Notes under the pieces: model-generated
What the model was told of the DNA's origin: nothing
The model's database searches: none
Seen by the model: only the letters and a program-made list of their open reading frames with translations
Translations under genes and position numbers: made by a program
From: Azolla caroliniana
Lineage: Eukaryota; Plantae; Polypodiophyta
DNA length: 64,000 nucleotides
Assembly: GCA_043228905.1 (NCBI GenBank)
Contig: JBHGNT010000013.1
Location: 15,190,001-15,254,000, forward strand
Reading direction: 5' to 3'
Part shown: positions 14,301-26,316 of the stretch, in pieces
Layout of the letters: each line of letters opens with the position of its first letter
How positions within the stretch are numbered: the stretch's first letter is position 1

Positions 14301-17300
14301 ACTCAATATTTAAATATTTCTTGAATCATTCTGTATTGGACCCTTCAGGAGATATTTTTAAGCATAATTAAGGGCACTAGAACAACGCCACACTCTTTCG
14401 TCATGGATTGTTTGGTTAGCAGCGTACAAAGCGAAAGAAAAGGAATATACATCTTAATGCTACCCAATAGGACAATCTGCTATACCTTTTTGTTCTGCAT
14501 TACAGAACTTGTTGAAAATTTGATTGAAGAGCACATCAGTCTGATGAATGTGTACACAAAACTCAATTGCAACACCTCCAACTCGAGTATACTGCTCTTT
14601 TGCTTTAGCTATATCTGAGGAGTTTTTTATATCTGAGCCAAATGCTAAAGACAGATATGTGAAGGCCTCATCTACATAAGCAGACAGAAGATCTAAGAGG
14701 ACTGGTACAGCTGCCTTTTGCAGCAGATCAGTTTTCCTTGGAATGCCCACCACAGCAAGAGCTCTACCATCAAAAACCTCCATCCCAACATGGAAGGCAC
14801 CCATCCAATCTCCAGCATGTTGAAGAGCTTTGATTCTATCATGCCATGGTAATAAGCGAGCTCTCCAGACTCGCAATGGTCCAAGTAAATACATATTAGC
14901 AGCTTGAACTGCTACCGAATTGTGATATGTTTTCTCAGGGTTTCCAAAGTTATTAAGAATGTATGCATGGTATGACAATGCTGTAGTTTTCACTTCATCT
15001 GATTCTATATTTACCCGTTCCACCTCTGTTCCTTCCTTTGTGAACAAGCATATCTGACCTTTCAATGTTAATACACCTATAACCTGCCATCATTAGAATT
15101 GAGGACAAGTTACACCTATCTGAAGCAAAACTATAATTTGCACATTGCTATTTGAAAAACTGCAATACCTGTTCATCCAACCATGACACTCCACATGCTG
15201 CACTATCAAGATCCCAAGTGGCCAGTATCTTCAACACCCCCTTCAAAAGCTTTAGTGTAAATACCTTCTTGTCCCAACCCAGCGCAAGAAGGGGATGATC
15301 AGCATTCTCTGCTTCTTCACTGGTATGCTTTACTTCGCCAATCTCATCTGATCCCCGGTTAGTGTTCGCAATTGTGCTGCTACGAAAAGATATAGATTCC
15401 ATACGCTTCCATGAAACATATGGGATTGCAGTATCACGCACACCATCTGGACGTGGTAACATTGCACATTTTTCTAGAAAAGGTGGCAACCGAACCTGCC
15501 AAATTCTAAAAATTGTTAAGATGTCTGGGAAAAACATGCTTCATTCAGACAGTTGAAGTGTTTGAGCATTACCACAAGAATAGATTGATGAGTTACAAAT
15601 ACAACCATATTCCCTGCTTCATCACCAGCTCCGCTTTCATGAGCAACCTTTTTAACAACATCTGGACTTTTCCCTGCAACAACTCCCCTAACCATACCCC
15701 CAACCATACTGGTGAGCACTGTTGATGCATTAACAGTTGTTGAAGCTTGAGACATGCTAGAGTTTCCAAGATTATCAAAGCTACCATTCAGAAGGAGAGG
15801 GGAGAGACACAAAACCATTCCCGTATTCTGCCCATCTACTAAACACTGCATCATTAACATGTGCAAACCAAAGTAACAAAAATATGAGTAAACAAGCGAA
15901 CATAGGATTCATTATCACATGCAATTTATGGGCTAAGTCACAATGCAATACCTGAGTTTTTGTAACGGAATAACGTCCAAAAGTACTCCAAGAAACAGTA
16001 TGTAAGAGTACCAATCCTTTGCAATCTGCAGTTATAGCTCTTTGATACCTAGTACATAGAAAAGCAGTATGCATGATTGCAGCATTATGTTCCACATTGA
16101 CAGGCTTTGAAGAGCCACCTTTCGCTGAAAGCTCCCACAGAGCTAAAAAACCATTGGCATGGCCCACCAGTAGCAGATCTCCTTGCATACTGAAGCCGAG
16201 AGATGTCACTGAAGAATGAGATTTATCAGCACTGCTCAGCAGGATGGGCTGATAATAATAATGCACGAAGTCAGGAAAGAAATGACTCATTTCGGAAATT
16301 AAATACATTAATAAAGGTATTGTTTTATTTTGTTTCTTAATTTTAAATATCCTTGAAGCTAAAGGTAAACAATTTATTACAGTGGTGCCAAATAGGACCT
16401 GTACAGCCACCAACTGTTTTTGGTTGTCAAAAGAGATGTCTGATTCTGGAATCTGGATCCTGCTTTGCTAGGGAACATGCAATAAGTAATCTAGGGAACC
16501 GAGAATTTCAAATAATACTCTCAGATATTACCATTTGGATAACAAAGAATTCATCTGCAGAGCCTCAAAGGAACCTCTGGGCATACAAGAATGCCATAGT
16601 GTACTATTTTTCAGCAATAAAAAATACACAACTAGTTGTACAAGGGCCTCCTTTGCACCACAATAACATTCCAAATCGTACTTCAAAGTTTGACAATCTA
16701 TCACAATTGCTCACTTTCAAAAGGGTGATGAGTTTCACCATAGTTTATGATGTTTATGCAGTGAGGAAGTATTTACTATTATCGATAACAAGAACTGTAG
16801 TAAACCTAATCTAGTAGAAGGTATGCCAGACCATATATGGGAAGCCTGTTCCAGCAGGCTAAATAGCATCTTCGTACATACACACTATTCTATGTGATTG
16901 TAAATGTTTGAAAAAGAAGCTAATCCAGTACACTACCACCTAGTTTTACAATGAATTTTTTGTTCAGCATGATGCTTATTTTTGCATAAGCCTGCTATAC
17001 GTTTTCATCTACATAAATTATGTTTCTGCAAAGCTTCTTTACATAGGATGAAGTAATAGCTCAAATGAAAAGTTTTCATCATCTGAAACCCAGCCGTTTC
17101 AATTAAATCTCTACACTCTCTGGAACCCAGCTACATGTTTCATTGAAGTTCAATCTCCAAAATAAATTCATACTATCATCAGGAGCCCAAATCATAGACT
17201 TAAGTGTTTTCCTTCAGTGCTAAAAGCTTTATAAATATAATTAAGCTTAAAAACTCTTATTTGAATTTTCTAATGATGGTTCTATCATATATTACATTGA

Positions 17301-19157
17301 GAAAGAAAAAATGGATGAGAAGGAGCATCTATGCAGCATCAACTTCATAATTCAAACATCCAACCTTTGTACCTACCTCTGCAAACTTTGCTGCACTAGT
17401 TTGAATTGGTAGAAGAAAGACACTTCCTTTCGAGAAACCTACAGCAAGATTATTTCCATGTGTGGCTAGAGCTTGGGCAGTTCCATAGTCACGAAAGATC
17501 GTTGAAGATGAGAAAACCTGAGAAACTGAATCAATTGAATCAATATGAAGATACCCAATTGCTGGGGGGGCATTTTGGATGCCTTCTAGCCTCATTGGCT
17601 GAGCTGAGGCTCCTTCTTCCATATGAAATGCAGAAAATGATGCAGTCTTCTCCATCTCCTCTGCAATGTCTAGTGCCGTGCGGTTATGCTCAGTAGGAAT
17701 TTTCTTTGTTCCTGAAGTTTTGGAAGGATTCTTCGAGTTTTTCATTTCATATGCAATGTCTTGTGACTGTAAATTATCCTTTGAACTCATGCTTGTGTTT
17801 TCAGACACCATAATATCTTTAGATAGAAGCAAGAGAACCTCTTCTTGAACAGAATCATCGTCACTAGAGCTTGAGTCATCACCAGCACTTCCAAAGTTCA
17901 TGTGTGAGCTGGAAACATCAAGGTTTGATGCCGAATCTAGAAGTGATGAGTCATCCTCACTCTCAGACACACTTAATTCGTGAATATATTCTTCGGATTC
18001 AGTTGTAACAACAGAGCTGGATACCATAACCACAGATGATGAATGTTTTCCATCCTTGGACTGCAAAGGAGTATCTTCATTTGCCATATGTCCCTGATAC
18101 GAAGAGGCTGATGATGGTTTCTTTTGATCCAATCGTGTGGATGAGTTTAAACCATTTCTCCACTCTCCTTCTATGCTCAGATTTTTTTGATACAATCGAT
18201 CGGATGAATCTGAACTTTTTTTCCTCTCTGTTTCTTTCAACAATTCCAAGTGTGGCTCACCTTTAGCTATCAAACTTTTGCTAGCTACATGGCTAAATGG
18301 AGAGGTGGCGATAATACTTATCTGTCTAGATGCTGCTGCTTCTGCTGCTGCAATAGCCGCACCAGGTTTACTCCTTGTGAGTGTATTTTCATCTGAGAAT
18401 GAATGTGATTTATCACTACTATCTTTCCGGGCCTCAGACAAATTCGAAGAAAGAAACTTGACACTCCTGTTTTTAAAATCAGAACCTTGCCTTGGAGAAG
18501 AAACATGATGCTCACTTGAATAAACGGAAAGCTCTGGATCAAAGGAGACTTCTATTCTGCTTATAGGCATAGGAGTGGTAAACTCAGCAATGAATGGAAG
18601 GCTGACTGCATCAGAATCTTCGCTGCTAAGCCTTCTTGAAAGATCTGATGATATGCTATCCGAATTTTCGTCAGGGTGTGAAGAAATGGTAGAAATGGAT
18701 CCTTCTGCAAGCAATGACTTGGCGCCTGTACTGCTGAGGACATTAACGGATGAGAAATCCTGAAGAACCACGGCATCTTTCTTTGAAATCTGAGACAAGA
18801 CCTGAGAAGAAAGTGAGAATTTTGAAATCCAAACTGAAATGAGATGTTGGATGACACATTTGAAATGTGGGATGAAACCTGAGATGATATCTGAGATAGT
18901 GATGAGGAAGAAGAAGAAGAAGAAGATGATGATGATGATGATGATGATGACCATTGATGCAATCCCTGTGTGTTGTTTGGGATAAAAGGAGCAGCCTCTG
19001 CATCGTTCTCATCTTCAGCGTCCTTCAATATCTCTTCTAATCGCAGATCCAAATCCTCTCCTCCGTCGTAGTCTCCGCCTTCTTCTCCGTCTTCCCTGTC
19101 TGCTTCACCATCGCTGCTCTGTGCGTCGAGGATCGCGTCGACGTCGAGCTCCGCCAT
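5329..19157 (-). CDS. VPS8: Vacuolar protein sorting-associated protein 8 homolog (CORVET subunit; WD40, Vps8 domain, clathrin repeat, C-terminal RING)
   Basis: 17 GT-AG exons: 19157-18879, 18801-17365, 16248-15952, 15845-15573, 15495-15169, 15083-14486, 14217-14153, 14076-13975, 13906-13764, 12601-12546, 8457-7793, 7710-7511, 7077-6783, 6694-6407, 6324-6215, 6146-5807, 5730-5329. They sum to 5877 nt in frame. Motifs: QPMRLEG, FGNPEKTYHNS, LEPYILKDMLGALAPEVMQALVEYY, LHMNIASLDFNQ, YRLEHCLKLCQEHGITDAAAYLFERVGD, RING CCVC..CGHAAHSSC..CPIC. Confidence 0.95.
8492..8698. repeat. Exact 100-bp tandem duplication in VPS8 intron 10
   Basis: gtcttatcctatttc...tctcttgtttg at 8492-8591 is repeated at 8592-8691, followed by gtcttat. 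Confidence 0.95.
8708..11790 (+). mobile_element. Decayed non-LTR retrotransposon (LINE) ORF2 fragments in VPS8 intron 10
   Basis: Frameshifted RT motifs: GIVPIYK..DPMIPSSYRTIMTAHYLA (~11240-11320), SCIVDFHKA (~11490), GVKQPCLISLTLFSLYVNEI (~11670-11730), YPDDIVLISDSP..LLNAIE (~9180-9250, YADD-like). Segment 8750-8940 resembles 9570-9745. Boundaries approximate. Confidence 0.75.
13216..13511. mobile_element. MITE (hAT-like) in VPS8 intron 9
   Basis: Imperfect TIRs TAAGAATTGGCAACGG / CCATTGCCAACACCTA, interior rich in AACCG/GGTT/CCAAAC motifs, near-TSD gcagcagc / gcacagc. Confidence 0.7.
13511..13770. repeat. ~130-bp tandem duplication including the VPS8 exon 9 splice donor
   Basis: tctgtatgttaccatgcaactactc..aagaaatagggaaaaagaaatccctacccaagag ends at both 13640 and 13770. 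Confidence 0.9.
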
Positions 19158-19220
19158 GGCCCAATTAGAAGTACAAAAAAAAAACAAATGGCTCTTTCTC
19201 TCTCCCTCTCTGTGACAGAG

Positions 19221-19223
<3 letters not shown>

Positions 19224-19268
<45 letters not shown>
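19224..19268. repeat. (GA)n microsatellite in VPS8 5' region
   Basis: Uninterrupted agagag run directly visible. Confidence 0.95.
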
Positions 19269-19272
<4 letters not shown>

Positions 19273-21029
19273 CAAAATTACATATTATCGTCCCACAGAT
19301 TACCCCTTCCCCTTAAAGAATCTCTATTATTTCCCAAAATGCCCTTCTGTAGTTTTGTTTGCTTGCTTGTTTGTTTGTTTCACGTGGTCCTAACCTCACC
19401 CGACCCGACCGACCATCTCCATTGTCTTGTCCTAAACCCCGACCAACCGATCGGCCAGCCATTGAGCCAGTGTCTCTATCTGCTTACTACACTTATGCAT
19501 AGTTTCCTCTTCCTCTTGCTAGATGGACGAACGGACGGACAGATGGATAGATGCATGCATGCCTTTCGCTTTTTGTAGCATTAAGATGTGCTTTGCATTC
19601 ACTGGACAAACGTTTCGTTTTTATGAGCATCGAATAAAGAGCAAAAAATCAATAAATGAATGAATTTGTTTGCCACAAGCTCAGTTCGTTGGTAGTACAT
19701 CAAGTTCCATTCCATCGAACACAAGTTCTGTTTTTATGAGCATGGAATAAAGGGGGGAGGGGGAACGAATTTGTTGCCATGAGCTTAGTTGATTAGTTGT
19801 ACATCAAGCAATCGTATGCATTGCTACCCTACTTGTGGCCAATTCAATTTAATCGAACTGCCTCTCCACTTTTCCAATTATTGTTCAATTCTACCTCTTG
19901 GAGAATATTTAATACCATCTACTCTACCCTTGTAGGCATTGCAAATCAAGCAATTGTGGTGATATATCTAACATGTTATGTGATTGCTCATGTTTTCTCT
20001 ATACTTTTACATGAAGCCCGCTTTCTCTAAAACCACAACCCTCTTTCACAATCAAGCATGTGACCCGTAATTTTAGATAGAGATAGACAATGGAGCATGT
20101 GAGTTTGTGAGTTGAGGATGAACTAGTGAGAGAATTTGATTGATTATCATTCAATTCTATTCACAATATTTCCTTTTTCATCCACTTAGGTAAAACTTGA
20201 TTGCTTCAATACTTGATTGGGGTTTTCTTTATATATTTCTAACTTTTTTTCTTGACTTTCAATAATGCATCAAAATATAGGAATTACCTAGACAAAACAT
20301 ATATGGCATGAAAATTCTTGACATTTGCTTACTTCGAAATTAAGGTGCCTATTCTCATGAAATGAGCACATGATTGAAGAAGACAACTTATATTTTGCAT
20401 AGTATCTCAGCTTAGAACTCTTGATTGAGATCATCCTTAATTCAAAGTGCACTTCTATGTTATCTTAAAAGTATGATTAGTCTCAATGTATTTCTAGGCA
20501 GTAAGAAAGCTTATCTTTCATTGCAATTGTTAATGTGAGGTAAGTAACATGAAAAGTGACGAAGATATTGATATGAAAGACTTTACATCAGCCAAAAAAG
20601 GCAAATATGTGCTATATACCTTAGGAAGCATTTGGCTTACATCCCTGATTTCATATTAGATATTCGGCTTAATAGTGAAAAGACAATGATAGTCGACAAA
20701 GAGATTGAGATATTAAATATTGCCACCGACTTCATGCAAAGTGTGCACTCAAAAAGACAATACTTGTCATCATGAATGCTTGTTAGCAAACAAATTTATC
20801 ATACATCATGCAGCATTGCACAAAAGAACACAATGCTGATGATGATTATGGTCAAATGAATAATGCTGATCCCTCTCTCCAACCAGATTATGGTTTAACA
20901 AAATAACACCTGATTATTAGTTTCAAGACTTTGACCATTAAGTGCAGCAAAACTAAGAAAAAAAAGATTAAAAAGTGAATACATCTGCACACATGATATT
21001 TCAAAAAAATAAACATTATTTGAAGTTCT

Positions 21030-21032
<3 letters not shown>

Positions 21033-21071
<39 letters not shown>
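21033..21071. repeat. (GA)n microsatellite
   Basis: Directly visible. Confidence 0.9.
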
Positions 21072-21076
<5 letters not shown>

Positions 21077-21558
21077 GAGACAGATCAACGATAAATGGAT
21101 ATTCAAACAATAATGCAAAATAGGCATTTTAGTGTATATAGGGACGAGAAAAATTCAATATGATTGTTAGTTTTGCCAACTTTCAATTGTTTCTGCTACA
21201 AAAGAAGACGACTTCTGCCAATCCGAAAAGCAGTAAACGCAGTTGCTCTAGTAAAATATCCCACCAGCGTAATGAAGATTGCATCATAAAAAAGCCTTCA
21301 TAACTGGCGCATGCTCAATTCGACCAAAAAATGGCTGGAATTAGAACGGGGAATCACTCGATGCTTTTCCTGGAGCTTCAAGATTTAAAAAAAAAAGCTA
21401 CATCAGAACAGACAAAAATGCAAGAAATTGCATCATATTGTATATATGTCATATATAGAAAGATCATTTGAGCAAAAATGATACTCGTATATATTCTAAA
21501 CATGCTGTTTTTACCCATAATGATGATAATGGTTATTTTTACTTGGGTTTCCAAATTC

Positions 21559-24321
21559 TTAATCTGCCATCTTCTTGAGGCGTGAGAGCGTGTTGCTGGC
21601 CACTCTGTTTTGAGGCTCTCGTTTGAGAACCTCCTTCAGATCTGCAATCCCTAGCTTATACTTCTCCATGCTCTCGTATAACAATGCTCGCTGCAGCATC
21701 ATTGCCACACTACCATTATCTAGCTCAATTACCTGAGAATCCACAACACAAAAGAGTGTATTTCATAAACCAATAAAAACACAACATATCTTTATCTGTT
21801 TACACAGTTCATGTGACAGAAACCTTTCTGAAGAATTACATAGGAGCTACTCATTTACAAATCAAGGGACCTTACAAATTCAAACATTATGGAAAATGCT
21901 GAACTATAAAATACATCCAACCAATTAATTATGCACACTCAAATGAACTTCTGGAATTGACATGGAGCCTGAAGTATTTCTCTGCTATAAAACAACCACC
22001 ATGAAGTAATTGCTGAACTCAACCTATCAAATTTGAGTTTTGAGCCAAGAGTTTGCAGCGACAATTTTGAATATTGAAAGGGTTAAAGAATCAAAGTGCA
22101 CATGTAACATGTCTGTGCACAATGGCTATGTACATAAGCATGCTACCAATAATTTTCAATCAAGTTATACCAATCCAATCTAGTGAATGTCACATGAGTA
22201 CCAATTAAAAAAGCAACATAATTGAGAAGTCACCTGGAAAATGTGGTATATCACATTTCTCCATTTGTGTTACAAATTATTATTCTTCAATGGGCTAGAA
22301 TTAGAGCACACAAGTACCAGTTTAAAATAATAAAAATAAAATGTGTGAAATATCAAACGTCTCCAAACCGGCATTTGACTTACATACTTCAATAAACTAG
22401 CTTCAGTCAGCACTACTCCCACTCAAAAGATTTGAGAATAAATTGGCCATTTGAAAATGTGGTACATCAAACATCTCCAAACAACAATGGATGTTTATAC
22501 TTCAGGTGTAAACTCACGTCAAAAGACAGATTAATACCACTCGAAAAGCATCAGCATAGTAAATGTGAGTTGCAGTATGCGTGCGGTATGTTGAATTGTC
22601 TTATCACTCATAAATGTTTCAATTTACATTGCATACACAAATTTCATCAGTTTGCACATCAACATAAAGATCCTTAATACACAGACACACACACAACCAC
22701 TTTACTTTCGAAGTCAAAACATTTAGAATTATGGGAGCTCTCGAATTACCTTAGTACAATCTGCCACCGCTTTCTTATATTCCCCAGCTTCTTTCAAGCA
22801 CGATGATCTACATGTAAGCACTTCTATCATGTGATGAGTTCCTCCAGATTTTTGAAGCAAGTTTTCTGCCCACGAGAGCCATTTGATAGCATCCCCAAAT
22901 TGTCCCTGTTTGTAATACCCTAACCCTTTATCTTTTGCAAGACTCGCACTAACACCTGGAGGAGGAGGAGGGAGGTCACTTAACTCTGGCGGAGATGAAG
23001 TATTATCATCTCCTCCGAAGCTTGCTTCAAATCCCCAATCATTTTCCATGTTGGTAGGCTGATCTTTCTTCTTCGATTCAAATAAACTATCAAGGTCTGT
23101 TTCATCACCAGATTTCATTCGTGAAGATGAGTTAGCACCAGCAGTCGAGCTTGAGGCCTTGCCCAAAACTGATTCGAATGGATCTAATGTCGAAGAATTG
23201 TTCTGTTGTGGAGAAGACGAATTAGAAATCGGATTCGAGGTTGAGATCTTACCAAACACTGATTCAAATGGATCTAATGTTGAAGAACTCTTGGGTGGTC
23301 GAACATATGTCGTTTTCTCAATATCAATGAAAGAGAATGGATCTGACAGTTGAGCTTTGGATGGCTTAGATTTGTGAAAAGGATCGCCATTTAGAGTAGA
23401 AGTCGATGAAGATGATGTAAATGGGTCTATATTAGCGGTGGCCGATGCAGATGAAGTACCTTGGAAACCTCCAAACAGATCATCTCCATCTCTATCAGAG
23501 TTGAGATTCATACTTACTTTAGCTTGAGATGATACAGCAGCAGGCGTATATGTAGATGAGGAAGAGCTCAAGCTTTCAAATGCCCCCCAACTATCATCTT
23601 CATTACTCTGAGAATTAGATCCTTTAGCACTAGTCTGTGTTGCAGATACAAAATCACCCATTACATCATCCGTCATAGACTTCCCAACTTTTATATCTTT
23701 CAACGGCACTCCTCTCGGCAAGGAAGATGCCATGGATTGAATGTTAGGAAAGACAGAGCTTTTCGGAGGTTCCTGCTGCTTCTTATTAGAAGACACGGAC
23801 GAAGAAGAAGAAGAAGAAACAGAGGTTCCGAATCGAGACGAAGATCCGATCAGATCTCCAAACAGATCTGGAGAAGCTCCTCTGTTGAGGCTACCGACAA
23901 TACTAGATTTGGCTGCGCTTGGCTTAGCATAAGAAGAATCCATAGATCCCCAGCTTTTACCTGTGATATCACCCACCATAGATCGAGGTCCCAATGCAGA
24001 AGACGAAGAAGAAGAAGAAGAATTACTCTGCCATGTCCAAGATGAGGCCGAGGCAGAAGAAGAAGAGACAGAATATGATGATGATGACGACGATGACCAA
24101 GTGGTATATGGTGATTGGGCGGGTTTCTGTGCCCACGAAGAAGCAGCCATACCCGCCGCGTGGGGCGATGGCGAGCTCGAATATGCAGAGCTCTGCTGCT
24201 GTTTGAGAGGAGCAGAGGAGGAGGATTTGGAGAAGGATGGGCCAAGGCCGAAATCGAACTCATGGTTGCTGAAGGAAGATGCAGCCTTCTGCGCATTCTC
24301 AGATCTGCTTCGAGGATTCAT
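21559..24321 (-). CDS. Ser-rich low-complexity protein with DPF motifs and C-terminal TPR domain (~580 aa)
   Basis: Exons 24321-22750 and 21732-21559 (AAG|GTAATT..CAG|GTA). TPR helices: AKDKGLGYYKQGQFGDAIKWLSWA..TCRSSCLKEAGEYKKAVADCTKVIELD..LQRALLYESMEKYKLGIADLKEVLKREPQNRVA. N-terminal FDFGLG and SMVGDITGKSW motifs resemble a conserved uncharacterised plant TPR family. Confidence 0.9.
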
Positions 24322-24344
24322 CGCGATTCACGGATCGAGAAGGA

Positions 24345-24850
24345 AAAAGGAATGGAATGGAAGTATGACAGAGAAATGAAGAAGCCTAATAATAAAAAGA
24401 ATGGAATGGAAATATGCAGAGAAATGAAGAAGCTAATGGAATGGAAATATGAGTCATGACAGAGAAATGAAGAAGCTTAATAAATACATAGAATGGAATG
24501 GAACTATAATAGAGATATGAAGAACCCTAATCAATAGGATGGAATGGATTATGGAATGGAATGACTCATGAGGTGAGTGAGAGAAGATCTATCTGCTCAT
24601 TACATTTACATGTGTATATGTATATGTACATATCATTTTACTTGAGGATGCAAATAACACACAAACATACACATATAATAGAGATATGAAGAACCCTAAT
24701 AAATAGAATGGATTATGGAATGGAATGACTCATGAGGTGAGTGAGAGAAGATCTATCTTGCTCATTACATTTACATTTACATGTGCATATGTATATGTAT
24801 ATGTACATATTGTTTTACTTGAGGATGCAAATAACACACAAACATAAACA
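24345..24850. repeat. GGAAT-rich degenerate tandem repeats plus ~170-bp duplication upstream of the TPR gene
   Basis: Units of atggaatggaa..agagaaatgaagaagc(c)taat repeated ~4x; 24505-24674 duplicated at 24675-24848. Confidence 0.85.
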
Positions 24851-26316
24851 TTTTTGCGAAATCGGACCTCTTCTTCCGGAAAGGTTCGAGCCTATGCCGC
24901 CATGGCACACTCCTGACAACACTCACTCGTGTTACATGTACCCATTTGCTTTCTCTCTCCCTCCGTCCCTCTTTGCATGCAAGCCTTTGAATCTCTTGTT
25001 GTTATAGATTGTTCATGTGATGCCTCTTTCTAGCTCTTGAAGATGTAAGGAGGAGAACCTATTATTGTCCACTTAGTTTGGCTCCATCCACTCGATCAAG
25101 CGAAGGATAGTGCATCTATTTTCATCTCCTAGTGACAACTCGATTGACAATGTAATTTGCATTATAATCTTCATTTGGAGATGACCATATGGTTTAGAGA
25201 CATGCTTATTCAACATTGGACAAGTTTGGCCATGCACAATCAATGACGTCAAGTTTGATATGCAAGCTCATTATGATGTATGTACCACCTACATAGAAAG
25301 AAAAAGGTTCACTTAAACCCTTCACATCCGTAGCAAAATGTATGAAAAGATACCCCTTTAAGGGTAGACCCCAATGTTAGCCTTCAAAATTTGTTATATG
25401 TATATGTGTGATTTGATTGATAATGCATAAAGCTTTGGATGAGCTAATTTGTAACGTTTTCAGTATGTAATTTGTAATCTTTTGCTGTGCCATGAGTCGT
25501 TTCATGGAGTTTCCAAAATTAGTTGGAAACAAGTAGTCTGGACAATTCTTGCATGGTATTACAAAATTCAAGATTTTCATGTTAGAAACATGTTAGGCAA
25601 TTCTTAAGTTTACTTCATGTCTTAGGAATTGCGGTACTTTCAGTTATGTATAAGCTAAATCTCCACTAATATTCTACTAAGAATTTTAAAAAATCAAATT
25701 GCAACAAAACCCAAGCTTATTTTCTGCTTTGATGATTCAAAAGAATGGGAGGTTCAGATCCATCCTTTCAAAATAATAATTGCCCTTCAAATAAACAGAA
25801 AACAAACTGACGTTTGTGAGATTAACAATGTTCTACCTATCTTGCGCTAATTTATCTATACCTTGGTAGGCCCTCAAGAATGTAAGGTAATTATTATCTA
25901 CCCAAAGACATAAGCAAGTATTCAAATCAAAATTTCAATTCATACTGAAATTTGTGATAGCCATTTAGTGGTGGTACATGAGAATCAATTATACAGAGGA
26001 GGATCTTGGGTATAGTGACAGTATATCAACGATACATGGTTTACTTCTACAAGGGGCTAGAGGAATCTCAACAAAGTGGAATGGGAATAAATCGTTCTGT
26101 TTGTTGATGGGGGTGGGGGTTAGCAAAAAGGGAAAGGTGTTGCTGAGGGATTTGTTTGTCCTTTAGGGATTCAAGAATGAGATTACTCCTACCTAGCCAC
26201 GTTCAGTTGACACATAGTAGTTGTTGGTTACTTGAGACTGCAATGATTCCAACATTAGGTCAGGGCAAGCTTTACTAACTTCTTTCATTAGTTTTAACCA
26301 TTCTTTTCTTGCTTTC

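Noticed and set aside
18802-18954. MVIIIIIIIIFFFFFF start of the 541-aa ORF as a signal peptide or TM segment
   Set aside because: Off-frame reading of the poly-Ser microsatellite plus VPS8 intron 1
23159-24459. Antisense acidic ORFs opposite the TPR gene
   Set aside because: Reverse-complement shadows of poly-Ser codons
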